Assembly (NCBI GenBank): GCA_964580775.1
Contig: CAZOLW010000001.1
Span: 15,021 to 79,020, forward strand
Source: an uncultured Chitinophagaceae bacterium
GTDB lineage: Bacteria > Bacteroidota > Bacteroidia > Chitinophagales > Chitinophagaceae
Length of the DNA: 64,000 nucleotides
Reading direction: 5' to 3'
A model generated the notes under the pieces. The model worked only from the letters and a program-made list of their open reading frames with translations. It searched no databases and was not told where the DNA came from. A program made the translations under genes and the position numbers. Positions 20,261 through 28,915 of this stretch are shown piece by piece. The first letter of the stretch is position 1. Each line of letters begins with the position of its first letter.

Positions 20261-21679
20261 CTACTTTTTTATTACTTTAAAACTAAAGCTTTGTTTAGCA
20301 TTGCTTACCCTGAGAAGATAAGTGCCCGGGCTTGTATTTTCTTTCAGTACTAATTTATACTGTCCGCCATTGAGGATATTCAGTTTACCACTCTGTATAA
20401 ACTGTCCGTTCACCGAAGTAATACTGTAATCAAACATTCCCTTCAGGCTTTGAGAAGCCATCAAAAAAATGTATTCCTTCACCGGGTTTATCAGCAAGCT
20501 CAATAAAGCACCTGTACTGATATCACTCACAGGTATAACCTGTGAAAATTTTTCTTTACTGTTGTTATCAATGTAACGGAGACGGTAATAAGCAATACCA
20601 TTGATGGCCCTGTCATCACGGTCTGTATACTTTTCTGTGTTACCGGTGTTACGGGCTGCCATCTCTCCTATTGTATAGAAATGAATATTGTCATCGCTGC
20701 GTTCTGTTACAAACCGGTTCATATTAAATTCTCCGGTTGTTATCCATGCAAGCTGTGTACTATGATCCTGTCTTTTTGCAGTAAACAGTAAGTCTGTTAA
20801 GGGAAGAATAAAAGAGCTGCTGCCAAACGTAAACATGTTGAATGTTGAAACGCTGCCCGATGTTACAATACCTGTGCTTGCAGTACTTCCACTTGCCGGA
20901 CCTCCATTGGCTACCCAGCGGGTTCCATCATAGCCTGCCACCTGTATATCCAGCGTGGCCCAATTGGGAAAATACACTTTGCTTTGATCCCAGTTCAACG
21001 TTACGGTTGCAGTGCCTCCGGATATTTTGTTAACAGTCCAGTATTCTGTATCATCAATATCCCAAAAAGGGCTTTGCATCTGATTGGAAAAAGGAGTCAT
21101 TGCAGAATACCTGGCATTGAATTCACCCGAAACAGAAAGACTGCCTAATGCAATTTTCCGTTCTACTGTACCATTGCCTACCGGGAAACTGAAATTGGAG
21201 GAACCGATTTTTTTCACCCAGCCATTTACATGCCTTGCATCCCCATCACCGTTATAAGAAGCTCCTGCTTCGTAGATGAGGTAATTGGGAGCAGCAGATG
21301 TAGTAATGATGCCATTGCTGAAAGTATGCGTATTGCTGATACTTAAATTATTATTGAGCGTAATACCTGTACTGTTATCAGAAACAAGATTGAATGTATG
21401 AAACGATTCTGTTCCGTTAAGAGACTGGGTACTGCTGCCGTTCAAATACAAAGTACCTGTACCGTTTGCCATGGATGCTTCGCTGTTACTGATATTACCT
21501 TTTACATAAAGACTGCCTTTGTTTACCAGCACTCCCGATGATGAGTTGGTAAAACTTCCAAAACCCGATACAGATGCACCTGTATGAATTTGCAGGTTAC
21601 CATTGTTGGTAAATGACTGCTGTGCGTTTGAAAGCATGTATACAAAAGAAAATATAACAGGCAGGGAGATCCTTTTCAT
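20261..21679 (-). CDS. T9SS type A sorting domain-containing protein
   Basis: Signal peptide, beta-rich body, YYRLRYID Ig-like module, C-terminal GTYLLRV...FKVIKK. Confidence 0.85.
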   Translation of the reverse strand: MKRISLPVIFSFVYMLSNAQQSFTNNGNLQIHTGASVSGFGSFTNSSSGVLVNKGSLYVKGNISNSEASMANGTGTLYLNGSSTQSLNGTESFHTFNLVSDNSTGITLNNNLSISNTHTFSNGIITTSAAPNYLIYEAGASYNGDGDARHVNGWVKKIGSSNFSFPVGNGTVERKIALGSLSVSGEFNARYSAMTPFSNQMQSPFWDIDDTEYWTVNKISGGTATVTLNWDQSKVYFPNWATLDIQVAGYDGTRWVANGGPASGSTASTGIVTSGSVSTFNMFTFGSSSFILPLTDLLFTAKRQDHSTQLAWITTGEFNMNRFVTERSDDNIHFYTIGEMAARNTGNTEKYTDRDDRAINGIAYYRLRYIDNNSKEKFSQVIPVSDISTGALLSLLINPVKEYIFLMASQSLKGMFDYSITSVNGQFIQSGKLNILNGGQYKLVLKENTSPGTYLLRVSNAKQSFSFKVIKK

Positions 21680-21772
21680 GAGAATTACTTAATCGGTTTT
21701 TCTGCTGAACAGTTCATCGGTAATCGTTTAAATTAACAGCAGGATGTTTCACTTCTTTACAAACTCTTTTTA

Positions 21773-23545
21773 TTATTGAGTGGTTGCCAGCCATTGAATA
21801 TCCTGGATTTTTACTACGTCGCCGCTGTTTGCTGACGTATAATATATTTCAAAGTAATCATTTGGACCTATGTCTTCGAGGAATACCACAAATGAAAACT
21901 GAAAGGGCTGGTTAGGGGTTGTAATCCTGAGTGTTGTTTCTCCAAACTTCGTTGTGGTTAACCCGTTTTTTACAATACAAATTGAAATGTTCCTGTTTGA
22001 TTGATTAACTGAAAGATTTCCTGCAATTGTAAATATGCCGTTTCTTTTATTTGTTGGCTGAAAAGTTATCCTGTTATTACCTATTGTCCATTTACAGGTT
22101 GTTGCATCAGTATTTGTACCCCAGTCGGCTTTGTACCATGTATTGGCATTGGTGATTGTTTTATTGGTTGAACTGTTGAGCACATTAATAAAACAGTAAG
22201 GCTTTTTATCGCCCAGTCCTGCATTCGCTTCCACTTTGGCATTGGCATCTCTCTGATCAGACCTGGTAAAATCAAAGCCTTCAATATATCCGCCAACATT
22301 GTTCCATGAATTACCGGTTATTGCGATTGTATTATATAAAAAAGAAGCAGGTTGATAAAGTATGGCCGTATCAGTTGCATTGTAATTATAATAACCACCA
22401 CTGGCGAATTGAATGGTGGCCTCGGAAGCTTTACTGAGATTGATTCCATATTTACAACCGATGAAATCTGTTTCTGCCACTTTTACGGTTACTCCCGCAA
22501 CATTGCCATGAATCAGTATACCATTTTTTTGTGCATTGTATATATCCGTTTCAAACACCCACAGTTCAGCATTGGTTGAATCGAGTATGGCATTATAAAA
22601 CCCGTCAAACGAACAATCTTTGATTTCATTATACGTGTCGCTTCCAACAAAGCGTATAGCATCTTCACCTGCAAGAGTTCCATAACCTGCTAATGTACCT
22701 GCATCAAACTGAAGCATTTTGAAATAGCATTCACTTACACACCTGAACATTGGTTTATTGGTAAGTCCGCCGGCTGCTTCAATGGCAACACTTCCATATG
22801 ACATACCCTGGATTGTAAGCGAATAAGGAAGATCAATTGTTATAGTAGCATCAATAGGAAAAGTTTCATCAGCCAGCCTGATCACTGTTGGTGCAGTCAT
22901 ATGCAACTCCAGAAAATCAATCGCTTCCTGTATGGTTGTCCAGCTGCTGTTCTCGTCAATTTCCATGAAATGATCTTCAATAGCATGCTTGCCGCTTTGC
23001 AGTACCCAGTTTCCGCCCGATGCAACAAATGTTTTTGCAAAAAAACGTGTAAGGGTTGAACTGGCTAACTCATCAATAGTTGCTCCGCTGTTTCCCTGTA
23101 CTGTAACAAGGTCGGTGTGGGTGCCGTTATTTTTCACTGTAATGGCCAGTCCGTTATCGGAAGCTGTAACCACAGGAAGTGTAATGGTAATATCGTTGAT
23201 TGCTAAAACAAAGGTTTCTGTTTTCAGTATAGTGGCATTGACTGCTTTGGAAACCACATTGTATCCCGATGTTGCTATCAGTTTCCATTGCGTACCGTTC
23301 CAGTAATAATATCCATCTGCTAAAGTACCCCCTGTGCTGTACACAAGCATGCCGGAAGGAACTGTACCTGTAAGCGGAGCAATTGAAGCAGCGTCGTTCA
23401 ATGTTACCCTTGGAGGAAGGAATCCCTTGTTTGTACTTTCAAGCTCTAATAATGAATTGGAATTGATGGCGGATGGATTATCACCAATTTTAACCTGCGC
23501 ATTAACCTGCACGGCAAGCAGGAGCATAAGAATAATTAATCTCAT
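21773..23545 (-). CDS. Secreted fibre/adhesin-like protein with beta-helix core
   Basis: Signal peptide then QVKIGDNP...LLELESTNKGFLPPRV domain; repeating beta-helix-like central region; C-terminal jelly-roll-like region. Start placed at MRLII. Confidence 0.7.
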   Translation of the reverse strand: MRLIILMLLLAVQVNAQVKIGDNPSAINSNSLLELESTNKGFLPPRVTLNDAASIAPLTGTVPSGMLVYSTGGTLADGYYYWNGTQWKLIATSGYNVVSKAVNATILKTETFVLAINDITITLPVVTASDNGLAITVKNNGTHTDLVTVQGNSGATIDELASSTLTRFFAKTFVASGGNWVLQSGKHAIEDHFMEIDENSSWTTIQEAIDFLELHMTAPTVIRLADETFPIDATITIDLPYSLTIQGMSYGSVAIEAAGGLTNKPMFRCVSECYFKMLQFDAGTLAGYGTLAGEDAIRFVGSDTYNEIKDCSFDGFYNAILDSTNAELWVFETDIYNAQKNGILIHGNVAGVTVKVAETDFIGCKYGINLSKASEATIQFASGGYYNYNATDTAILYQPASFLYNTIAITGNSWNNVGGYIEGFDFTRSDQRDANAKVEANAGLGDKKPYCFINVLNSSTNKTITNANTWYKADWGTNTDATTCKWTIGNNRITFQPTNKRNGIFTIAGNLSVNQSNRNISICIVKNGLTTTKFGETTLRITTPNQPFQFSFVVFLEDIGPNDYFEIYYTSANSGDVVKIQDIQWLATTQ

Positions 23546-23764
23546 AGTAATATGGACTTGGATATTGGAATTAAAAGCAAGTACATACAAATAAAAATAC
23601 CATAGCACTAAGTGCAACAGTTAATTTACAGTTTAAGCATTAATTTTTTTTCGGGTAAGCAGAAACCTTTACTATCTTTTTAGCAGCATCTTCTGCAAAC
23701 ACTTAGCTGCCACATCCGTTGATCAACAAAACAGCGGTCTGAACGATTTGTTCAACTGCAGGAT

Positions 23765-23817
23765 AAACCTCCGGGGTTTTAGTACTGACTCGTCCCGGTT
23801 CGTGAGCCACGAACCGG
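23765..23817. repeat. REP-like palindromes
   Basis: AAACCTCCGGGGTTT (23765-79) and CCGGTTCGTG-AGC-CACGAACCGG (23795-817), the latter with the same arms as 17300. Confidence 0.75.
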
Positions 23818-24030
23818 AAGTCGTTGTTTAGAATTGCTTAACTCCTTTTCTGCAGTTTACTTTTTTTCGCTTTAATAAACAGCTGCTTTTTCTTTTGAGA
23901 AGTTGCAGCGGGCAACAAACACCATCTCTTCAACCAACCTGGCGGCATCCAGTCATCTTACACCATTTTTAAACAACGAAGCAAAACGGAATTGTTTGCA
24001 GTGATTATTTTCAATGAATCTTTCTTACTC

Positions 24031-24061
24031 CCATAGGATTTGAATATGCATCGTTGTCAAA
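24031..24061 (+). promoter_or_regulatory. Putative ECF sigma promoter, copy 1
   Basis: CCATAGGAT-N16-GTCAAA; same motif at 26662 and 27255. Confidence 0.6.
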
Positions 24062-24133
24062 ACAAATGACAGGATTGCTTCCATCAGTACCGGGAAGCAG
24101 TAAACAAAATCTTTACAATTAAAATAAACCACT

Positions 24134-24568
24134 ATGAAAAAGATGGTTTTTATACTTGCATCATTCTTACTGATAGCAGGTACAGGATTTGCACAGGATC
24201 AAACCCAACAAAAAGACAAACTTCAAAAGCGTGACCGTATTCACCAGGAAGACCACCTGATGCTGAAGGATGGAAAACTTTACCAGGTAAAACAGGGAGT
24301 GCAATCACAGGTGCAGGCACAGATTACGTTAAACAACGGCCTTATCTGTAACCCTGATGGAAGTTACCGGTTAAAAGACCGCACCCAATTACGTTTACAT
24401 GATGGTGAATGTTTAGACATGGAAGGAAACAGGTATCTGAATCAGAACAGGTTCAATAACCGGAAAACAATGAGCCAGGGCCAGATACAAAGATCACAAA
24501 ACAGAAGCATGAACAGAAACCGCCCTTCAACACAGGGAACAGGCAACAGAAAACGGAGTGTCAACTGA
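24134..24568 (+). CDS. DUF6799-like secreted protein
   Basis: Signal peptide; LMLKDGK...LNNG...PDGSY...LHDGECLDMEG; Q/R/N-rich tail. Confidence 0.7.
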   Translation: MKKMVFILASFLLIAGTGFAQDQTQQKDKLQKRDRIHQEDHLMLKDGKLYQVKQGVQSQVQAQITLNNGLICNPDGSYRLKDRTQLRLHDGECLDMEGNRYLNQNRFNNRKTMSQGQIQRSQNRSMNRNRPSTQGTGNRKRSVN

Positions 24569-24681
24569 CATTTACAGTCATCAATTGCTGAATAAAAATT
24601 AACGGAGTTACAATCACCGGCAGACCCTCGTTTTTCTGAAGGGGTGTAACTCCTTTTTCAGCTCATTAAAAAAAATATTTC

Positions 24682-25575
24682 ATGAACACTGTCTTACAAA
24701 AACTGTATGTTTTTTTGCTGCTGTTTTATTCAACGCTTCAAAACCTGCCTGCACAATCAGCAACAACCGATACGGCAAAACCGGCATCAGAAATAAATAA
24801 TTCGTATGCGGAAGCAGGCATTCAGTATATCAGCAATATTGTATTTGCGGGGAGAAAGGATTCAGTTGCTGTTCCATACCTGAGTCCTTCCATCGGCTAT
24901 TCGCACAAATCAGGTGTATTTGTAAAAGGGTCGCTCTCCTGGCTCACATCAGCAAAAGAAAGCAGGGTTGATCTGTACACACTTACTGCAGGTTATGTGT
25001 ACAGCAAAAATAATTTTATTGCAGGCGTTGATGCAACAAAATATTTTTTCAACAGCAGCAGTACGAATGTACAATCAGAAATAAGCGGCTATGCTGCCCT
25101 GTTTTCCGGTTACAGCTTTAAAGATATCATTACAGTATATGTTGATGGAATGATCAGCTTCAGTTCAAAACCCGATTTTATTCTTGGTTCAGAATTGAAC
25201 CATACATTTTATGCTGTCCGTGATCAGTTGAAAATTACACCAACCATTTATGTAAACTTTGGTACGCAGAATTATTACAATGAATATTACACGTATAAAC
25301 GCTCTGGTTCCGGTGCCGGTGGAGGTTATGGAAATGGTGGTGGAGGCGGCATACAAACCACAACAGTTACTGCAGCTGAATCAACAAAGTTTCAGTTACT
25401 GGATTATGAGTTCAGTTTACCGGTGAGTTACACTTACAAAAAGCTGACAGTTTTCTGCACGCCGGTTTTTGCAATACCCGTTAATCCATCTTTAATCACA
25501 ATAGATGGGCAAACAACCAGGGAAGTACTAAGTAATTCCTTTTTCTGGTCGGCAGGTATTGCGTACAGGTTTTAA
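24682..25575 (+). CDS. Hypothetical outer-membrane beta-barrel-like protein
   Basis: Signal peptide, alternating aromatic beta pattern, C-terminal GIAYRF. Confidence 0.65.
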   Translation: MNTVLQKLYVFLLLFYSTLQNLPAQSATTDTAKPASEINNSYAEAGIQYISNIVFAGRKDSVAVPYLSPSIGYSHKSGVFVKGSLSWLTSAKESRVDLYTLTAGYVYSKNNFIAGVDATKYFFNSSSTNVQSEISGYAALFSGYSFKDIITVYVDGMISFSSKPDFILGSELNHTFYAVRDQLKITPTIYVNFGTQNYYNEYYTYKRSGSGAGGGYGNGGGGGIQTTTVTAAESTKFQLLDYEFSLPVSYTYKKLTVFCTPVFAIPVNPSLITIDGQTTREVLSNSFFWSAGIAYRF

Positions 25576-25668
25576 GAATTGACAGGATTGCTCAATACTG
25601 TATATAACTGCTCCGGTAACAGCAGCATCTGTAATGCAAAGGATTTAATTGTTTCATTTTCCTGTTTG

Positions 25669-25680
25669 TGATCTGGATCA
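25669..25680. promoter_or_regulatory. Crp/Fnr-like box
   Basis: TGAT-CTGG-ATCA, same TGAT-N4-ATCA architecture as 8249. Confidence 0.4.
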
Positions 25681-25732
25681 TAGAACACACCGTTTTAAAC
25701 AAAGACCTTGAACAGGATTTAATATTTTTCTT

Positions 25733-26149
25733 ATGACAGGCAAACACAACATTTCATGGGGGCTCATGTTTCTTGCCGTATTTATGTTATACGGGTTCCT
25801 GTTAATTTACCTGCGTGATTTTGCACCTGGTAAAGAACAATGGATAAATGAATATTCCACGGGTAAACATTTTGAATCGAGACTGGCGCATGTGCACGGG
25901 AATCTTTTTGCCTTTCTCAATATTCTGATTGGTTATTTACTGCTCAAATTTGACATACCATTAAAGACAAAAAAAGTAATTTCCTTTCTTGCCTTAACCG
26001 GTATGCTGATGCCCACAGGCATTGTACTTGAAATTTACCTGGGTGCCCCACCTTATTTTGTTCTTGTTGGTGCCATTATGGAAATAGCAGCAGTTTTTCT
26101 GCTGGGGTTCAACATCTTTCAACTCAAAAACCTGAAACAACATGTATAA
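25733..26149 (+). CDS. Hypothetical membrane protein
   Basis: Four TM segments; RLAHVHGNL His motif. Confidence 0.75.
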   Translation: MTGKHNISWGLMFLAVFMLYGFLLIYLRDFAPGKEQWINEYSTGKHFESRLAHVHGNLFAFLNILIGYLLLKFDIPLKTKKVISFLALTGMLMPTGIVLEIYLGAPPYFVLVGAIMEIAAVFLLGFNIFQLKNLKQHV

Positions 26150-26528
26150 GATCCTTTTAGCAAGTTTAGTAACAGTACTCCTCAGTACATATTCTTACGG
26201 ACAGGCAACTTTAAAAAAAGACAGTATGAACATTGATAAATTTATGCTGGCAGGTCAGGTTGATTACAACGACGCAGCGTTTAATAACAAAGTGATCTTT
26301 ACAGGAGACAGTTATAAAATCATTCTTTTTGCATTAAAAGCCGGGCAGGAAGTGAAGCCTCATTCCACTCCTGTGAATGCTTTTTTAACAATCCTGGAAG
26401 GCGAAGGGAAAATAAAAATCGGAGAAACTGTTTATACACTGAAACAGGGAGAAAGTATACTGCTTCCAAAAGACATTCCTCACCATATATGGGCTCATCA
26501 GGCATTTAAAATGATGCTGATTAAATAA
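26142..26528 (+). CDS. Cupin domain protein
   Basis: GQEVKPHSTP...LEGEG...PKDIPHHI; overlaps the upstream stop. Confidence 0.85.
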   Translation: MYKILLASLVTVLLSTYSYGQATLKKDSMNIDKFMLAGQVDYNDAAFNNKVIFTGDSYKIILFALKAGQEVKPHSTPVNAFLTILEGEGKIKIGETVYTLKQGESILLPKDIPHHIWAHQAFKMMLIK

Positions 26529-26661
26529 CCGGCGCATCTGACACTATCTCTAAACGGTCATATACCGGAAGTGACATTGATTACATGTCATGCCCTGTTC
26601 ATTACCTACCTTTTCACTTTCAAACAGTGAGAAGAATTTATTCATTTTTTTCTGCTGCACC

Positions 26662-26691
26662 CCATAGGATAAATGAAAAGATACCGTCTAA
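26662..26691 (+). promoter_or_regulatory. Putative ECF sigma promoter, copy 2 (autoregulatory)
   Basis: CCATAGGAT-N15-GTCTAA, 20 bp before the sigma factor ATG. Confidence 0.62.
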
Positions 26692-26711
26692 AATAATCAA
26701 CAGGCAGGTGC

Positions 26712-27260
26712 ATGAATGAAATTGAACTGATACATCGTATTCTTGAAGGTAATCAACAGGATTTTGCACTTTTGATTAAAAAGTATGAAACAAATGTATT
26801 TCGCACAGCCATTGGCCTTGTACACAGCAAAGAGGATGCAGAAGAAATTACACAGGATGTTTTTGTAAAAGTTTACCGTTCACTTTCATCGTTCAGCGGC
26901 AAGTCGGCCTTTTCTACATGGCTGTATCGCATTACAGTAAACAGCAGTTTAAATTTTTTACGGAAAAAGAAACGCAGTGGCTTCTGGGTTGGCCTGTCTG
27001 ATCTGCTGCAGATAGCATCAAAGGACAGGGCGGCGGAAACAATCATGACAGAAAAATCGGAAAAAGCAGTTATTCAGCAGGCAATTAACAGCCTGCCCGA
27101 AAAACAAAGACTGGCTTTTGTGCTTGCAAAATATGAAGAGTTGCCGCAAAAGCAGGTGGCTGAAATTATGAACCTGAGCGAAGGTGCAGTTGAACAGCTG
27201 ATTCTGCGGGCCAAAAACAACCTCAAAAAAAAATTAGAAAAAGAACTGGAAGAGCCATAA
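26712..27260 (+). CDS. ECF RNA polymerase sigma factor
   Basis: DAEEITQDVF, FSTWLYRITVN (region 2); LPEKQRLAF...VAEIMNLSEGAV (region 4). Confidence 0.93.
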   Translation: MNEIELIHRILEGNQQDFALLIKKYETNVFRTAIGLVHSKEDAEEITQDVFVKVYRSLSSFSGKSAFSTWLYRITVNSSLNFLRKKKRSGFWVGLSDLLQIASKDRAAETIMTEKSEKAVIQQAINSLPEKQRLAFVLAKYEELPQKQVAEIMNLSEGAVEQLILRAKNNLKKKLEKELEEP

Positions 27261-27285
27261 GATTTTTATACATCTGCTTGTCTAA
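27255..27285 (+). promoter_or_regulatory. Putative ECF sigma promoter, copy 3
   Basis: CCATAAGAT-N16-GTCTAA overlapping the sigma gene stop codon. Confidence 0.6.
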
Positions 27286-27304
27286 CAATTAAACCGTTTG
27301 GGTT

Positions 27305-27613
27305 ATGACTACCAAGAAAAATATACATCAGTTACTTGAAGACTTCATAAAGGAGGAGCGGAACACAGAACCCAATCCTTTTTTATCAACCCGCATAATG
27401 TCGGCAATTGAGAAGAAGGAGAATGAACAGCTGATGCAGGTTTCACCGGTATGGAAAACAGCTGTGGTTGCAGTCGGCCTGTTTGTGGCGGTATTCTCCG
27501 GCATTGCAGCCGGCAATCTGTATCAATCAAATACCAATGCAGCAGATGTGGTTTTGATTAATGACGGGAGTATGGAAAACTTTGGATTATATAATCAAAT
27601 TGGAAATGAATAA
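27305..27613 (+). CDS. Putative anti-sigma factor (single TM)
   Basis: Directly follows the ECF sigma; PFLSTRIM motif then one TM helix. Confidence 0.7.
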   Translation: MTTKKNIHQLLEDFIKEERNTEPNPFLSTRIMSAIEKKENEQLMQVSPVWKTAVVAVGLFVAVFSGIAAGNLYQSNTNAADVVLINDGSMENFGLYNQIGNE

Positions 27614-27621
27614 CTGTTGAT

Positions 27622-28143
27622 ATGATGCGTAAAACACAAATATTAACCTGGCTGGTGGTTTTACTTGTAGTGATGAATGCGGTAACAATTGGAACCATCC
27701 TCTATCATAACTACAGGGAAAAGCAAATCAATGATAACATCGCTATCAATTCCGGTCAGGGTGGAAATATGCTGAATGGCAGATTCCTGAAACAAACGCT
27801 TGGCTTCAATAACGAACAAATGGATGCTTTCCGTGATGCCAATCAGCAGTTCCGTCCTTTTGCAATGGATGTAACCTATGAGATTGATTCATTGAAAACA
27901 GAAATGTTTACGGAGTTGCAAAAAGCAGCACCGGATACTGTACGATTGAATGGAATTTCGAAACAGATTGGTGACTTGCATGGCAGGTTAAAGTATGAAA
28001 CGTATAAATTTTATTTAAACATAAAAAAACTGTGCACTCCGGAACAGATGAAGGAACTCGAAAAAGCATTTCAACCTCTCTTTAAAAATGAAGGAAACAT
28101 CTCTCCCGGAAACCAGCATAGAAGGGGCTGGAACAGAAACTGA
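27622..28143 (+). CDS. Spy/CpxP/ZraP-like periplasmic protein
   Basis: N-terminal TM, helical body, LGFNNEQ and C-terminal CTPEQ (LTPEQ-like) motif. Confidence 0.75.
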   Translation: MMRKTQILTWLVVLLVVMNAVTIGTILYHNYREKQINDNIAINSGQGGNMLNGRFLKQTLGFNNEQMDAFRDANQQFRPFAMDVTYEIDSLKTEMFTELQKAAPDTVRLNGISKQIGDLHGRLKYETYKFYLNIKKLCTPEQMKELEKAFQPLFKNEGNISPGNQHRRGWNRN

Positions 28144-28169
28144 TTTTTATAACAATTAAATACTAAACA

Positions 28170-28463
28170 ATGAAAAAGATGATTCTTGCAGCAATCTTCA
28201 TGGTTGCTATTGGCGGAGCTTTGTCTGCGCAAACAACTAAACCGGGTAACGGCACACCCGGAACAAACAAAAACAGTCCAGCCTATGTTGATGCCAATAA
28301 AAACAACATCTGCGATAATTATGAAAATAACACAAGGCCTGCTAATGTTAACAGGGGCCAGGGACAGCAGGGACGCAGAGGCGGTGGATATGGCATGGGC
28401 AACAGGCAGGGACGCTCTAATATGCAATGCGGCAGAAACGGTGGTGGAAGAAGATCATGGTAA
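28170..28463 (+). CDS. Small secreted Gly/Arg-rich protein
   Basis: Signal peptide; YVDANKNNICDN motif; GRRGGG tail. Confidence 0.7.
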   Translation: MKKMILAAIFMVAIGGALSAQTTKPGNGTPGTNKNSPAYVDANKNNICDNYENNTRPANVNRGQGQQGRRGGGYGMGNRQGRSNMQCGRNGGGRRSW

Positions 28464-28467
28464 TTCT

Positions 28468-28570
28468 TTCTTCTCAATAACGTCTCCTCAAAGGGTCGTT
28501 GCTTAACCGGAGGTAAATAGCAGGCGCAAAGTCGCCAGCCAACACCAGACAATAAGAGAGGTTGCTGAAA
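28468..28570. repeat. Gene-boundary hairpin element, copy E2
   Basis: Left arm TTCTTCTCAATAACGTCTC, right arm GAGAGGTTGCTGAAA; 21-bp identity with E1. Confidence 0.65.
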
Positions 28571-28605
28571 AACAAAGGCAGCTACCTTTCGGCTATAAAG
28601 ATTGG

Positions 28606-28641
28606 ATGGGCAGTTTCAGAGATGGCTGCCCATTTTTTTTT
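28606..28641 (+). terminator. Intrinsic terminator
   Basis: ATGGGCAG...CTGCCCAT followed by a T run. Confidence 0.65.
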
Positions 28642-28726
28642 ATACTCTTTTAGATATGATGAACCTCCGGATTTTCAGTTCGGTTCTTATTACTGCTGGC
28701 AGATCGTTTCAAACTCTATTACCGCA

Positions 28727-28782
28727 GGCGAGTCAGGCACCCCATACACAAAGCCATTGCCAAGACTCGCCTGAGAACTAAG
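28727..28782 (+). repeat. 56-bp direct repeat, left copy
   Basis: GGCGAGTCAGGCACCCCATACACAAAGCCATTGCCAAGACTCGCCTGAGAACTAAG, identical to 37441-37496. Confidence 0.92.
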
Positions 28783-28915
28783 GTTATTTAAGACTGTTCA
28801 TTTCCCAACCATTTCAGAACTTTTGAGATACTGACGTATATTTAAGCACTGACATTAAAACCAAAAACACAACGAACTGCAACAGCTTAACAGGCTGGTA
28901 AAAAAAAGAATACAC

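Noticed and set aside
24067-25592. 13-bp duplicate TGACAGGATTGCT at 24067 and 25580
   Set aside because: Only two copies, unrelated flanks and no consistent spacing to starts or promoters; could be chance.
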